Below, piece after piece: positions 31,133 through 40,350 of a stretch of DNA of 64,000 nt (the first letter of the stretch is position 1; every line of letters starts with the position of its first letter). The stretch lies in the NCBI GenBank assembly GCA_965205215.1, contig OZ242041.1:512001-576000 (forward strand), in the 5' to 3' direction. Under the pieces are notes generated by a model. That model saw only the letters and a list, made by a program, of their open reading frames with translations, searched no databases and was not told the origin of the DNA. The position numbers were made by a program, and so were the translations under genes. This stretch comes from Nitrosopumilus sp. (GTDB taxonomy: Archaea; Thermoproteota; Nitrososphaeria; Nitrososphaerales; Nitrosopumilaceae).

Positions 31133-31480
31133 CTATTGCAGATATCTGTACTCCTGTGCGTTTGGACCGTCTGGGTTTATCACTGTCACCCCAGTCTGCT
31201 CTGCGGCACGCTCAAGGCCCCTGTCGCACGTGACAAGAACGGATCCGTTATCCATAACACATGCTGATATCTCGTCGCCGCCGGGGTAGATCGTAGGGTA
31301 TCTAGTCTTCATGGATTTTGCCTTTGCGCGCATGTCGTCAGAGATCGGTACAAACTTACATGGGCCTCGAAGATCCTTGACAGCTTCTCTTGGATCGACT
31401 GGTAATTGAGCTCACGCATACCCAGCTCCCGTACGATTCTCGTGCTGTCGCCTGCGGCTACTTCACAGTCTAGATCGAGT
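31133..31480 (-). pseudogene. Frameshifted PIN-domain gene remnant
   Basis: C-terminal G-D-I-A...VLVTCDRGL...GV-VINPD; upstream frame (RIVRELG...FEAHV) joins through a frameshift near 31355; 5' limit approximate. Confidence 0.45.
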
Positions 31481-31862
31481 TTCTTTGTTGCAAGTTATAA
31501 ATTTTGATCATAAATTCCGATCCGCATATGTTGATTATAGAAAAGCCGAAATACATGTCAAAAGTATTTCACGATCCGGCCTCAATCTGTTGTTTGAGAG
31601 GTATGCCTTCAGGGTGCACCCATCAGTTACGATGAATTTATAGAACGTATTGTTCAGTTCATTATATGCAAACAATCTGTCTAACTGAGCCAATACATGT
31701 CTACATAAACGAGTCACTGACGTGGTACGTTCCAGCCCCTTGTGTCACGGTTAAAATTCAAGAAAGATGATGGCAAATGGTATCGACGTCTTGTGACAGT
31801 AATGCAGTCGCGTCAAATTCTCAGAGTGTAATATATTCAAATAATATCACTGTTGATGCAAA

Positions 31863-32651
31863 ATGTTGATTACGACTAAAGAGCCTCGTTCTCCGTTAAG
31901 ATATGCCGGTGGTAAAACACGAGGTATAGTATCAATACTAGAACTAATCCCGCCTGAAACTAAAGTAATGTATGCGCCTTTCATTGGTGGGGGCAGTGTA
32001 GAGATATGCTGTGCCGCTAACGGAGTTACAGTTTATGGCTACGATACTTTCAAACCACTTGTAGAATTCTGGCAATGCCTTTTGAATAATCCCCGCAAAC
32101 TAGTGGAAATTGTAAGAAAACATTTTCCATTATCTAAGGAAAAATTCTACAAGTTACAAAAATCACAGCAAGATATTCGTTCAAAATATGAGCGAGCCGC
32201 GGTCTTCTTTGTACTTAATAGATCCTCATTTTCTGGTACAACTATGTCTGGTGGAATGTCACCTGGCCATCCGCGCTTTACTCAATCATCTATAGAACGA
32301 CTAGAAACATTTAAAATTAAGAACCTGAAGGTGAATCTAGCTGATTTCCGAGAATCCATATTACAGTCTAAGAGCAATCTACTCTATCTTGACCCCCCAT
32401 ACCCTCTGAAAAACTGCAACCTATATGGTGACAGAGGTAACTTACACAGTGGTTTTGATCACAAAGGACTTGCAGATATTCTTCATAATAGAGACACATG
32501 GATATTGTCTTATACTGATTCAGAGTATGTATCTAATCTCTACAAGGGTTATGCTATAATCAAACCTGCATGGAAGTATGGAATGTCTAGTAACAAAAAC
32601 TCACGAGAAGTGCTAATACTGAGCCACGACTTAGCAGAGATGAGATTGTGA
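31863..32651 (+). CDS. Dam/D12-family amino-methyltransferase
   Basis: SPLRYAGGK, PFIGGGSV, NRSSFSG, YLDPPY; AT-rich. Confidence 0.9.
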   Translation: MLITTKEPRSPLRYAGGKTRGIVSILELIPPETKVMYAPFIGGGSVEICCAANGVTVYGYDTFKPLVEFWQCLLNNPRKLVEIVRKHFPLSKEKFYKLQKSQQDIRSKYERAAVFFVLNRSSFSGTTMSGGMSPGHPRFTQSSIERLETFKIKNLKVNLADFRESILQSKSNLLYLDPPYPLKNCNLYGDRGNLHSGFDHKGLADILHNRDTWILSYTDSEYVSNLYKGYAIIKPAWKYGMSSNKNSREVLILSHDLAEMRL

Positions 32652-33598
32652 TGCCAACTCAAACTGAATCTGGAAAGGCTTTTGAATACTCACTAGCTGT
32701 TGCATTGTTTGAAAAAATAAAATCTAAGCAGGATGTAGAACTTGTATTGGATTCCTCTTATGATGCGGCCTTGTATTGTTTCAACATTTTTGATACTATC
32801 GGACAAAACCAGTACGCATTGGCATCTAAATCTGCTGTGAATCACATCGTTGATCTTGAACCATATCTAGAAAATCCTATTAATTCTAATACAAAGCTCA
32901 CAATTAAAATTCAGCCAGATCAGCGTGGCATTCTGGGTGATGCTAGAGACATAATTGTCACAAACTATGATAATGACTGGCAAATTGGTTTTTCCGCAAA
33001 GAACAATCATACCGCGGTCAAACATTCTAGATTGTCTGATAAGATTGACTTTGGTAAGAAGTGGTTCGGTTTGAAATGCTCGCAACGTTATATGGACGAG
33101 GTAAAACAGATCTTAGGAAACATAAGAAAACTAGTTGAAGAAGGTAGGTATGAAACATGGAATCAGCTGCTGGATAAGGAGGAAGAGTACTACAAACCTG
33201 TGTTAATGGCATTTAAGGCCGAGATAGAACATATGGCGTTAACTCATTCTGAGGTGCCGAGTCTTCTTGCAAAATATATCATAGGCAAATATGATTTTTA
33301 CAAGATAATGAAATATCATCATTATACAAAAATTCAGGGGTTTAATCTTGATGGAACACTTAATCAAAAATCAGGTAAAATAAAGGCACGTTACAAGGTA
33401 GAAAAATTAAAGCTTCCAACTAGGTTGGTAGAGAGCGGCCTGTATAACAACAATACACTTAAAATGATTTTTGACAACGGTTGGCATCTTTCATTTCGAA
33501 TACATAATGCAAGTACAATGCTAGAACCATCGCTGAAATTTGATGTGCAGTTGGTAGGCAACCCAAGCAGTATGTACACTGATCAGGAATCATGGTAG
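32648..33598 (+). CDS. HaeIII-family type II restriction endonuclease
   Basis: GKAFEY, Q-D-G-GD-RDI, IG-SAK-NH-AVKHSRLS-DFG-W, FRIHNAS-EPSLKFD; GTGA overlap with the MTase. Confidence 0.85.
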   Translation: MMPTQTESGKAFEYSLAVALFEKIKSKQDVELVLDSSYDAALYCFNIFDTIGQNQYALASKSAVNHIVDLEPYLENPINSNTKLTIKIQPDQRGILGDARDIIVTNYDNDWQIGFSAKNNHTAVKHSRLSDKIDFGKKWFGLKCSQRYMDEVKQILGNIRKLVEEGRYETWNQLLDKEEEYYKPVLMAFKAEIEHMALTHSEVPSLLAKYIIGKYDFYKIMKYHHYTKIQGFNLDGTLNQKSGKIKARYKVEKLKLPTRLVESGLYNNNTLKMIFDNGWHLSFRIHNASTMLEPSLKFDVQLVGNPSSMYTDQESW

Positions 33599-33600
33599 GA

Positions 33601-33675
33601 AGGGCTCGGAGGGCTTCGATCCCTCGACCTGGCGGTCCGAAGCCGCCCGCACTATCCAGACTGTGCTACGAGTCC
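33601..33675 (-). tRNA. tRNA-Arg(TCG)
   Basis: Reverse complement folds to a cloverleaf: acceptor GGACTCG/CGAGCCC, D GCAC/GTGC, anticodon GGCGG-CTTCGGA-CCGCC, T GAGGG-ATCGAAG-CCCTC. Confidence 0.92.
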
Positions 33676-33718
33676 GAAAAGAGAAGGCTTTTAGACGTCT
33701 AAATACCTGCCTAGCGCC

Positions 33719-34924
33719 TTGAAGGTATCGCGGAGAGTCGCAGGTGTAGAGTACGCCATCAGGGATATAGTACTGGCGGCGCGCGACGTGCAGCGCCGCG
33801 GCGTTGCCATAGACTACCTGAATATCGGCGACCCCGTGCAGTACGGGTTCCAGCCGCCCGAGAACGTCAGGCAGGCGCTCATCGACGCCGTAAACCGGGG
33901 CGAGAACTATTACGCCCCGTCAGAGGGCCTGCCGGAGCTGCGGGAGGCCATAGCCAAAAAGGAGTCCGCAAAGGGGCTGTCAGTATCGGCCGACGACGTG
34001 GTGGTTACAAACGGCGTCTCAGAGGCGCTCGACATGGTGATATCCTCCATAGTCGAGGAGGGCGACGAGGTGCTGCTGCCGGGCCCCTACTATCCCCCGT
34101 ACGCGTCCTACGTGCGGCTGCGCGGCGGCACGCCGGTGGAGTTTGCAATGAACCTAGAGGAGTCGTCAGTCGACATAGACGACATCAAGTCCAGAATCAC
34201 GCCGAGAACGGTCGCCATCTGCCTGATAAGCCCCAACAACCCCAGCGGCGTAGTGTTTGACAAGAAGAGCCTCGCCGAGATGGTCCGCATCGCAGAGGAG
34301 CACAGCCTGTACCTGATATGCGACGAGATATACGACCATATCACGTTTGACGACAGCGGCGGCGGCCGGTTCGCCGGGGTGGGCGGGGTGGCCGGCACGG
34401 CCCCCGTCATAATACTCAACGGATTCTCAAAGGTGCACCTGATGACCGGGTGGCGCATGGGGTACGTGGCGTTCAACGGCGCGTCCGCGCATCTTGACGG
34501 CATCCGGGAGAACCTGCCAAAGCTTGCAAGGGTGCGCATAACCACGAACCTGCCGTTCCAGCACGCCGCGCTAGAGTCGCTGCGCGGGCCGCAGGACTAC
34601 ATCGGCAGGTTCGTATCCGAGGTGCGCAGGCGCCGCGACTATATCATCCCGAGACTCAACGAGATTCCCGGCATATCGTGCGCCATGCCGAGGGGCGCGT
34701 TCTACGCGTTTCCAAAGATAGAGGACTGCGCCAAGAGGTTCGGCGGCGACAAGAACTTTGTCATGTCGCTGCTTGAGAAAAAGGGCGTGCTTACGGTACA
34801 CGGCTCGGGGTTCGGCGAGCAGTACGGCTCGGGGCACTTTCGCATAGTGTACCTGCCGGACATACCGGTGCTGGAATCTGCCATGTCAAAGCTAGAGGAT
34901 TTCATGGCTAGTAGCTCCAGCTAG
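33719..34924 (+). CDS. Class I/II PLP aminotransferase
   Basis: LNIGDP, GLPELR, PNNPSG, DEIYD, NGFSK-TGWR-G, GAFY. Confidence 0.93.
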   Translation: MKVSRRVAGVEYAIRDIVLAARDVQRRGVAIDYLNIGDPVQYGFQPPENVRQALIDAVNRGENYYAPSEGLPELREAIAKKESAKGLSVSADDVVVTNGVSEALDMVISSIVEEGDEVLLPGPYYPPYASYVRLRGGTPVEFAMNLEESSVDIDDIKSRITPRTVAICLISPNNPSGVVFDKKSLAEMVRIAEEHSLYLICDEIYDHITFDDSGGGRFAGVGGVAGTAPVIILNGFSKVHLMTGWRMGYVAFNGASAHLDGIRENLPKLARVRITTNLPFQHAALESLRGPQDYIGRFVSEVRRRRDYIIPRLNEIPGISCAMPRGAFYAFPKIEDCAKRFGGDKNFVMSLLEKKGVLTVHGSGFGEQYGSGHFRIVYLPDIPVLESAMSKLEDFMASSSS

Positions 34925-35321
34925 CCATGTGGTCCGGCACTATGCGTATGATACAGTCGGTGTCTGCCAGCAATTCTTGCGCGGCCGGGTCGTCAATCGT
35001 GTCATAGTACCTTGCAAGTATCCTGGACGCGGTGGCGGCGACGCCATCCTTTAGAAGCGAGGCCCTGCCGCGCCCCGACACCCCGAATATGTCCGGGGAG
35101 TGCACCCCGACGTCGACGCAGAACGCGGCGCGTCCAGTCTTCTCCACGTTCTTGGCCTTTGCGGTCCTGGTGTGAGTACCTATGTAGAAAACCTCATTCT
35201 CGTACAGGTACCACACCGGCACGACGTGCGGTGTCCCGTCCCCGCTCACAGTCGCAAGGCGCATAGTCTGCTGCGTTTTCAGGAACCTTTCCACCTGCTC
35301 TTTGGTGTGCCGCGCAGTCAC
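34908..35321 (-). CDS. Pyridoxamine 5'-phosphate oxidase-like (split-barrel) protein
   Basis: RLATV-DG-PHVVPVWY, K-KN; GTG start overlaps the upstream stop. Confidence 0.85.
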   Translation of the reverse strand: MTARHTKEQVERFLKTQQTMRLATVSGDGTPHVVPVWYLYENEVFYIGTHTRTAKAKNVEKTGRAAFCVDVGVHSPDIFGVSGRGRASLLKDGVAATASRILARYYDTIDDPAAQELLADTDCIIRIVPDHMASWSY

Positions 35322-35572
35322 TGCGTGCCGGGCCCCCTCGTGGGCGCGTTGCGCCTGAACCCCATCGCGATCATGAATGCTCCGAACCCGAGCATGCCGG
35401 CCGACACCTTTTCGTTGGTTACCTCGGCGTTTACCAGAAAGTCTGCCACGAACTCGGGGCCCCACACCAGCAGCTGCTGCACCAGTACTATGCACGCCAT
35501 TATGACGAACAGCGCCCCGACTGCAGTATACCAGTTTCTGCCCCTGCGCTTGTACTCGCTGCCACCGCTCAT
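35318..35572 (-). CDS. Small two-TM membrane protein
   Basis: Two hydrophobic helices; in operon with flanking genes. Confidence 0.6.
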   Translation of the reverse strand: MSGGSEYKRRGRNWYTAVGALFVIMACIVLVQQLLVWGPEFVADFLVNAEVTNEKVSAGMLGFGAFMIAMGFRRNAPTRGPGTQ

Positions 35573-35638
35573 GGTCCCGACATAGTCATGCGTCACGTCA
35601 TATATTATGTCATGCCAGCTTTGCGTCATGCAATTTGG

Positions 35639-36316
35639 TCATACCAGCTTTATGCCGGGGTTCCTCATCTTGTTCCGTATCATGGCGTTGAGCAGGAGCG
35701 GGGTTGCGATCTCGGCCATGTATGCCAGCTTGCCGGGGCCCAGCAGTATGGGCCGCAGCCCCTCTATCTCCGATATGAACCCGCATATCTCGTCCGTGGC
35801 CCGCTTGTCGTCGCCGCACACGAAGATGTCATAGTCAAGCTTGATTGCGGGATTGGCAAGCTTTTTCTCGGATATCACGTGGAACGCCGACACCAAACCC
35901 CTGCCGCCGTCACTCATATGGGCTGCGACTGACTCGTGCGACGTCTTTGCGCCATGTTTCATCGGGATGAACTCAAACCCCGCGTCGGTCTTCTCCATGG
36001 GGACTATGGGCGACACCACCGTGCAGCCGTCCCCGACCCGGGGCAGTATCCCCGCGCACGTGGCATCAATGTTGCCGTACGGTATGGAGAGTATCAGGAT
36101 GTCGCTGTTCTCGGCCACCTCGGGGTTGGCGCCGCCGGTTATGTCAGTCTGTACGCCGTATATGGCGTCGGCCTCCTTTTGGTATGCCGCGGCAGCCTCC
36201 GCTGCCCTTGCCGCGTCCCTCGAGCCTATTAGTATGGGGTGGTCCTGGGCCCATCTCATGGCAAACCCCTTGCCCATTCCCCCGGTGCCCCCTATGATCC
36301 CGACGGTCTTGGCCAT
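35639..36316 (-). CDS. npdG: F420H2:NADP+ oxidoreductase
   Basis: IIGGTG-MG-G-A, IGSR-RA, VSAFH, D-VCGDD, EIAT-LL. Confidence 0.88.
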   Translation of the reverse strand: MAKTVGIIGGTGGMGKGFAMRWAQDHPILIGSRDAARAAEAAAAYQKEADAIYGVQTDITGGANPEVAENSDILILSIPYGNIDATCAGILPRVGDGCTVVSPIVPMEKTDAGFEFIPMKHGAKTSHESVAAHMSDGGRGLVSAFHVISEKKLANPAIKLDYDIFVCGDDKRATDEICGFISEIEGLRPILLGPGKLAYMAEIATPLLLNAMIRNKMRNPGIKLV

Positions 36317-36370
36317 TCAACGGATGACCATATGACTTATTATTATCTCTATTCGAGGGCGGATACCTTG

Positions 36371-37039
36371 GTGCGTCATATCATTATGGTCCGGCACGGC
36401 CAGGCCCGGAACAACGTGGAGCGAAAGCTTGCCGGCCGCATGGACGGCGTCCCGCTGACGCCGGAGGGCGTGAGGCAGGCGCGGCACGCGGCCAAAATGC
36501 TCGCGTCGGCCGGCGTGTCTGCTATATACTCGAGCCCGATTGAGAGGGCGGCCGAGACCGCGCGGATGATATCAGAAGAGTGCGGCGTGCCGGTTACAAT
36601 CGACGAGCGGCTGACTGAAATCGACATGGGCAAGTTCACCGGCATGACGTTTGAGGAGGTGGTGTCGGGCCACGACGACATATTTGCAAAGTTCTACGGG
36701 GGGGACGTCGAGATTGCGCACAAGGGGGTGGAGACGTTCGAGCAGGTCAGGAGGCGCGTCACCGGGATTGTGTCGGAGGTGCTGTCAGGCGGCGGTGATG
36801 CTGATGGCAGCGGCAAAGGCGCCGCTGATGATAATGATGATGATAATGGGAACGCCGTGCTTGTCACGCACATGGACCCGATAAAGGCCATGCTAGGCGA
36901 GATAGCCGGGATATCGCCCGAGCGGCTCCTGCACGCCGAGATTGCAAACGCCGCGCTCAACGTGTTCCGAAAGGAGGCCGACGGAAGCCTGTCCCTGCTG
37001 GCGCTCAACGTGATGGACGCGTCCAGGTTCGCCGCGTGA
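36371..37039 (+). CDS. Histidine phosphatase / phosphoglycerate mutase family
   Basis: VRHG, YSSP-RA-ETA, L-EID-G, VTH. Confidence 0.9.
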   Translation: MRHIIMVRHGQARNNVERKLAGRMDGVPLTPEGVRQARHAAKMLASAGVSAIYSSPIERAAETARMISEECGVPVTIDERLTEIDMGKFTGMTFEEVVSGHDDIFAKFYGGDVEIAHKGVETFEQVRRRVTGIVSEVLSGGGDADGSGKGAADDNDDDNGNAVLVTHMDPIKAMLGEIAGISPERLLHAEIANAALNVFRKEADGSLSLLALNVMDASRFAA

Positions 37040-37822
37040 TGCGGCGCGCACGACGCGTGCCAGAAAGGGGGGAGGGGCGGGAGGCGCCAAAGAAGGGCGT
37101 TCACCGACGCCATGCGCGCGGATGGCTCAGCTGCCACGTGCCTTGGGGTATGGTTGGCCTGGGCCTCCCCGTCTTGCGCCGCGCGTGCGCGGCGGCAGGG
37201 CTGCGGCACGCGTACCTTGCAGAGGCCCTCCGCTTCCACACAAGCGGCCGGTTTGTACGCTATGCTGGAATGTGCGGAGATGGGAAAAATGACGGTGGCG
37301 TCACACCGCCTACGCCGGGGCATTCGGGTATGAAGACGCCCGAACCCGAGCGGCCCTTTAGAGCCCGCCGGATCCCTACGCCTCCCTCCGAGGCATCCCC
37401 CCCGCATCCGGGCTTGCAGAAAAGGAGGCCTCTGGCGGGCGCGTGCGCGTTACCAAAGGTGCACAGCCAGAGGGACGGGATTCCCAAACCGGAAGATCCG
37501 GCCCAAGCCGGTTGGTGGAACAGCGTATCGCATCGCCGTAATTGGACTGGTGGACCCGGGTGTGGGCGCACAACGCCCCTGCCTAGACCGGCAAGGCGGC
37601 AGTTGACATGGCAGTGCGCTTGTCGGGACTCCTTAGCTGCCCCGCAAGGGATCTCCAGACACTGCTTGAGGGGGGAATAAAAAGCGGATCTACGGAAAGG
37701 CATCCTGAGGGCAGGCAGGGCGGGCGCCGCTATTGTCCCACGGCCCATCTGTGCAACAACGCCAAGACTCGCAAGAAATATTACATCCCGGCAAACATAT
37801 TCACATACAGGAACGAAACAGT

Positions 37823-38143
37823 ATGATGACCGCTGAGATCCTTTCGACCATGGTGGACCGTATAGTAGGCCAGTTCCACCCTGCTAGCATAATGCTCTTC
37901 GGATCACAGGCACGCGGCGACACCAACGAGTCAAGTGACGTGGACCTGTTAGTAGTGATGAACGAGGTTCAAGACAAACGCCAAGCCGCAATCGCAATAC
38001 GGCGGTTACTGCTGGACATTCCAATCAGCAAGGACATAGTGGTAACTACCCCGGACGAGATCGATAGGCGGAGATCCGTAGTAGGAAACGTGATCCATGA
38101 GGCGTTTAGGGAGGGTAGAATTCTATATGAGCAACAACAATAA
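37823..38143 (+). CDS. Minimal nucleotidyltransferase (MNT) antitoxin
   Basis: LFGSQARG...SDVDLLVV, DIVV-TP-E, EG-LY. Confidence 0.9.
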   Translation: MMTAEILSTMVDRIVGQFHPASIMLFGSQARGDTNESSDVDLLVVMNEVQDKRQAAIAIRRLLLDIPISKDIVVTTPDEIDRRRSVVGNVIHEAFREGRILYEQQQ

Positions 38144-38540
38144 CATCATCCAAGAATCGCTTCGCTGGCTGCGCTTCGCTAACGATGACCTTGATGTGGC
38201 ATTGCACTTGATGCGTGGAACTCGGACTGCTCCTAGACACGCCTGCTGGCTCTGTCAGCAAGCTGCAGAAAAGGCACTGAAAGCAGCCCTGGTATCAGAA
38301 AGCATCCATTTTCCATTCACCCACGACTTGCACATTTTACGTGGCCTACTCCCAGAAGGTTGGGCCGTACGGGATACGTACAAGGACATGTCCAATCTTA
38401 TCGAATGGGCAGTCGATGCGCGATATCCCGGAGAATCTCCAGAGCCCACCGACGAGGATGCACTCAAGGCAGAATCTGAAGCCCGTTCAATTCTGGACTC
38501 AGTAGACGCGGAGTTCAAGCGTCGCGGTATGTCTGTCTGA
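38127..38540 (+). CDS. HEPN domain toxin
   Basis: W-A-DL-A, CQQAAEKALKA, THDL-L, ARYP; overlaps the MNT gene. Confidence 0.9.
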   Translation: MSNNNNIIQESLRWLRFANDDLDVALHLMRGTRTAPRHACWLCQQAAEKALKAALVSESIHFPFTHDLHILRGLLPEGWAVRDTYKDMSNLIEWAVDARYPGESPEPTDEDALKAESEARSILDSVDAEFKRRGMSV

Positions 38541-38971
38541 TAGACAATATGCGCAATCGAAGAAAAAATCTCCACAGGCGTGCGGGCTCCTGCAGATATG
38601 GGCCAGATGATCAAGCATGGCGGGCCAAGTACCCGAAGTTTGAGATTCCAGGCAGGCCCATCCACTGTCAAAGCAGGCCAGAAAGGTCGATGGGGGTCTG
38701 GCCCGCATTTGCAAGAACCCCGACGCGTTATTCGTACCGGCGGCCAAGACTGGAAACTGGTATGCCAAGCAACGGCTGAAGCGTGGCTTTAAGATAGGCG
38801 GCAAGCAATGCCGCATAATACTCGCGGAATCCGGGGCCTGTCTCGATTCGGTGGCAAAGCCGCATCTGGGTGCATCCTTCTCTGGCGCCGTCTGCCGGCG
38901 TTCAGCCCGGGTTCAGCGCGAACTTGGGCACGTCAGAGCTTTGGAAAGCCGGAGTGCTATGACGGCCGGCA

Positions 38972-40162
38972 TCAAATCCTTTCATATCTGATGTCTGCTG
39001 CAATGTCGAGGTCTACCAGGCTCTTCCCCGTGATTTTACTGACGTTCGTATAAAAGTCGTTAAACTCACGATACTGGTCCATGTCAACGCTGGCCAGCTC
39101 TCTGTAGGCGCAGATGTCTGCCAGCATGTCTGCGGATCTCCTGTTGTACACCATGAACTCTTCCGGCCGCAGTGCCATGGCAAGTCCCGTTAGGACGGCG
39201 GAACCAAAGTTCCGCCTTCCGTCGGTGAATGCCTCCAACTTCTCGTAGAGTTCGTCGGGTTCACTGCTGCGTATGTAAAAAGCCTCAACCATGTCCAAAA
39301 ATTTTCTTCTATCTGTAAGGTCATATTCACCAAGGAGCGTTCTGGCTATGCCCCAGTACCTGCCCGGCACTGACAGCCTTGCTATGTCGTTGATCCGGCG
39401 GGCGCCCAATTCGGGAAACGATTCCTTCATTATTCCCTTTAGTGTCGTTTTCTCTCCGTCTTTGTATTGTAGGATGTTGAGGTATGTGCGTATCATATCC
39501 CTGAACCGGTCTCTGTTTTCAAACCTGCCCCTGTTTGCAACTACGTATTTGTTGAATTTCTGCACGGCGGCGTGCACCCTGCTTATGTTGTCACGAGCCT
39601 CCTCAACGTATTTCCTAGCATTCGGCTTCTGTCCAAAGCGTTTTCTGAGCTTCCCTTCGACTTCTGCTTTTATCTGGCCTATCTGGTATTGCTGTACACT
39701 GTCCTTTGATATCTGGCTTGCAAGCTTTTCGCAGGCCTTCTTGTCCCCTATGCTTATTCTGGGCTGCAGGCTGCCTTTGAGGACGCTCCAAGTGCGCCCA
39801 TCGGTAGCCACACCAACGAACAGGGAGCCTTCGCAATAGTCCCTTATCTGGGGTTCGGCCGCCTCTATGTCCCCTAGTGTCTTTGCCTCGATCAGAACGC
39901 ACGGCACTCCGTGAACAAAAAGCACATAGTCCAGCGTGCCTCCGGTTCTGGCTGGATTTCTGTATTCGCGCCTTACTTCCTTGTTGTCCGCGGTATTCCA
40001 GCCTAGGGCCTCTAGCATCGGCTCAATCAGAACTGCTCTGGTGTCTGCCTCGCTATGTAGGACGTTGTCGTTTTTCTTGATTCGGCCTGCAACCTCTCTT
40101 ATGGCAACTTTCAAGCTTTTTGGGCATTGGCCGGACATGTCATTGTTGCCACCAGATAGCAT
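38972..40162 (-). CDS. HsdR_N-type PD-(D/E)xK nuclease fused to a helical C-terminal domain
   Basis: EADTR-LI-P-L-LGW, EV-EY, DY-L, IEAK, Q-Y, TDG-W; start uncertain. Confidence 0.75.
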   Translation of the reverse strand: MLSGGNNDMSGQCPKSLKVAIREVAGRIKKNDNVLHSEADTRAVLIEPMLEALGWNTADNKEVRREYRNPARTGGTLDYVLFVHGVPCVLIEAKTLGDIEAAEPQIRDYCEGSLFVGVATDGRTWSVLKGSLQPRISIGDKKACEKLASQISKDSVQQYQIGQIKAEVEGKLRKRFGQKPNARKYVEEARDNISRVHAAVQKFNKYVVANRGRFENRDRFRDMIRTYLNILQYKDGEKTTLKGIMKESFPELGARRINDIARLSVPGRYWGIARTLLGEYDLTDRRKFLDMVEAFYIRSSEPDELYEKLEAFTDGRRNFGSAVLTGLAMALRPEEFMVYNRRSADMLADICAYRELASVDMDQYREFNDFYTNVSKITGKSLVDLDIAADIRYERI

Positions 40163-40350
40163 GTAAGCTTTGCCGCGGGGTGCTCTTGCAAAAATGGGCC
40201 AAATGTACGGTTCGGCAACCGCCGCCACTTGGCGGCTTCCGTGGAAACTGGACCGGGCGCCGCCTCCAGCATGAATCCGGACGCCGGCTCATTTCTGCAA
40301 ACAGAACCGTCCGGCGCAATAGATAAAGTCCGCCCAATGGTACCGGCTGC

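Noticed and set aside
30900-33600. Intact integrative element at tRNA-Arg
   Set aside because: No integrase and no duplicated tRNA 3' end were found by eye
37040-37800. RNase P RNA or SRP RNA
   Set aside because: Conserved GAGGAAAGUCC-like and SRP helix-8 signatures were not found on either strand
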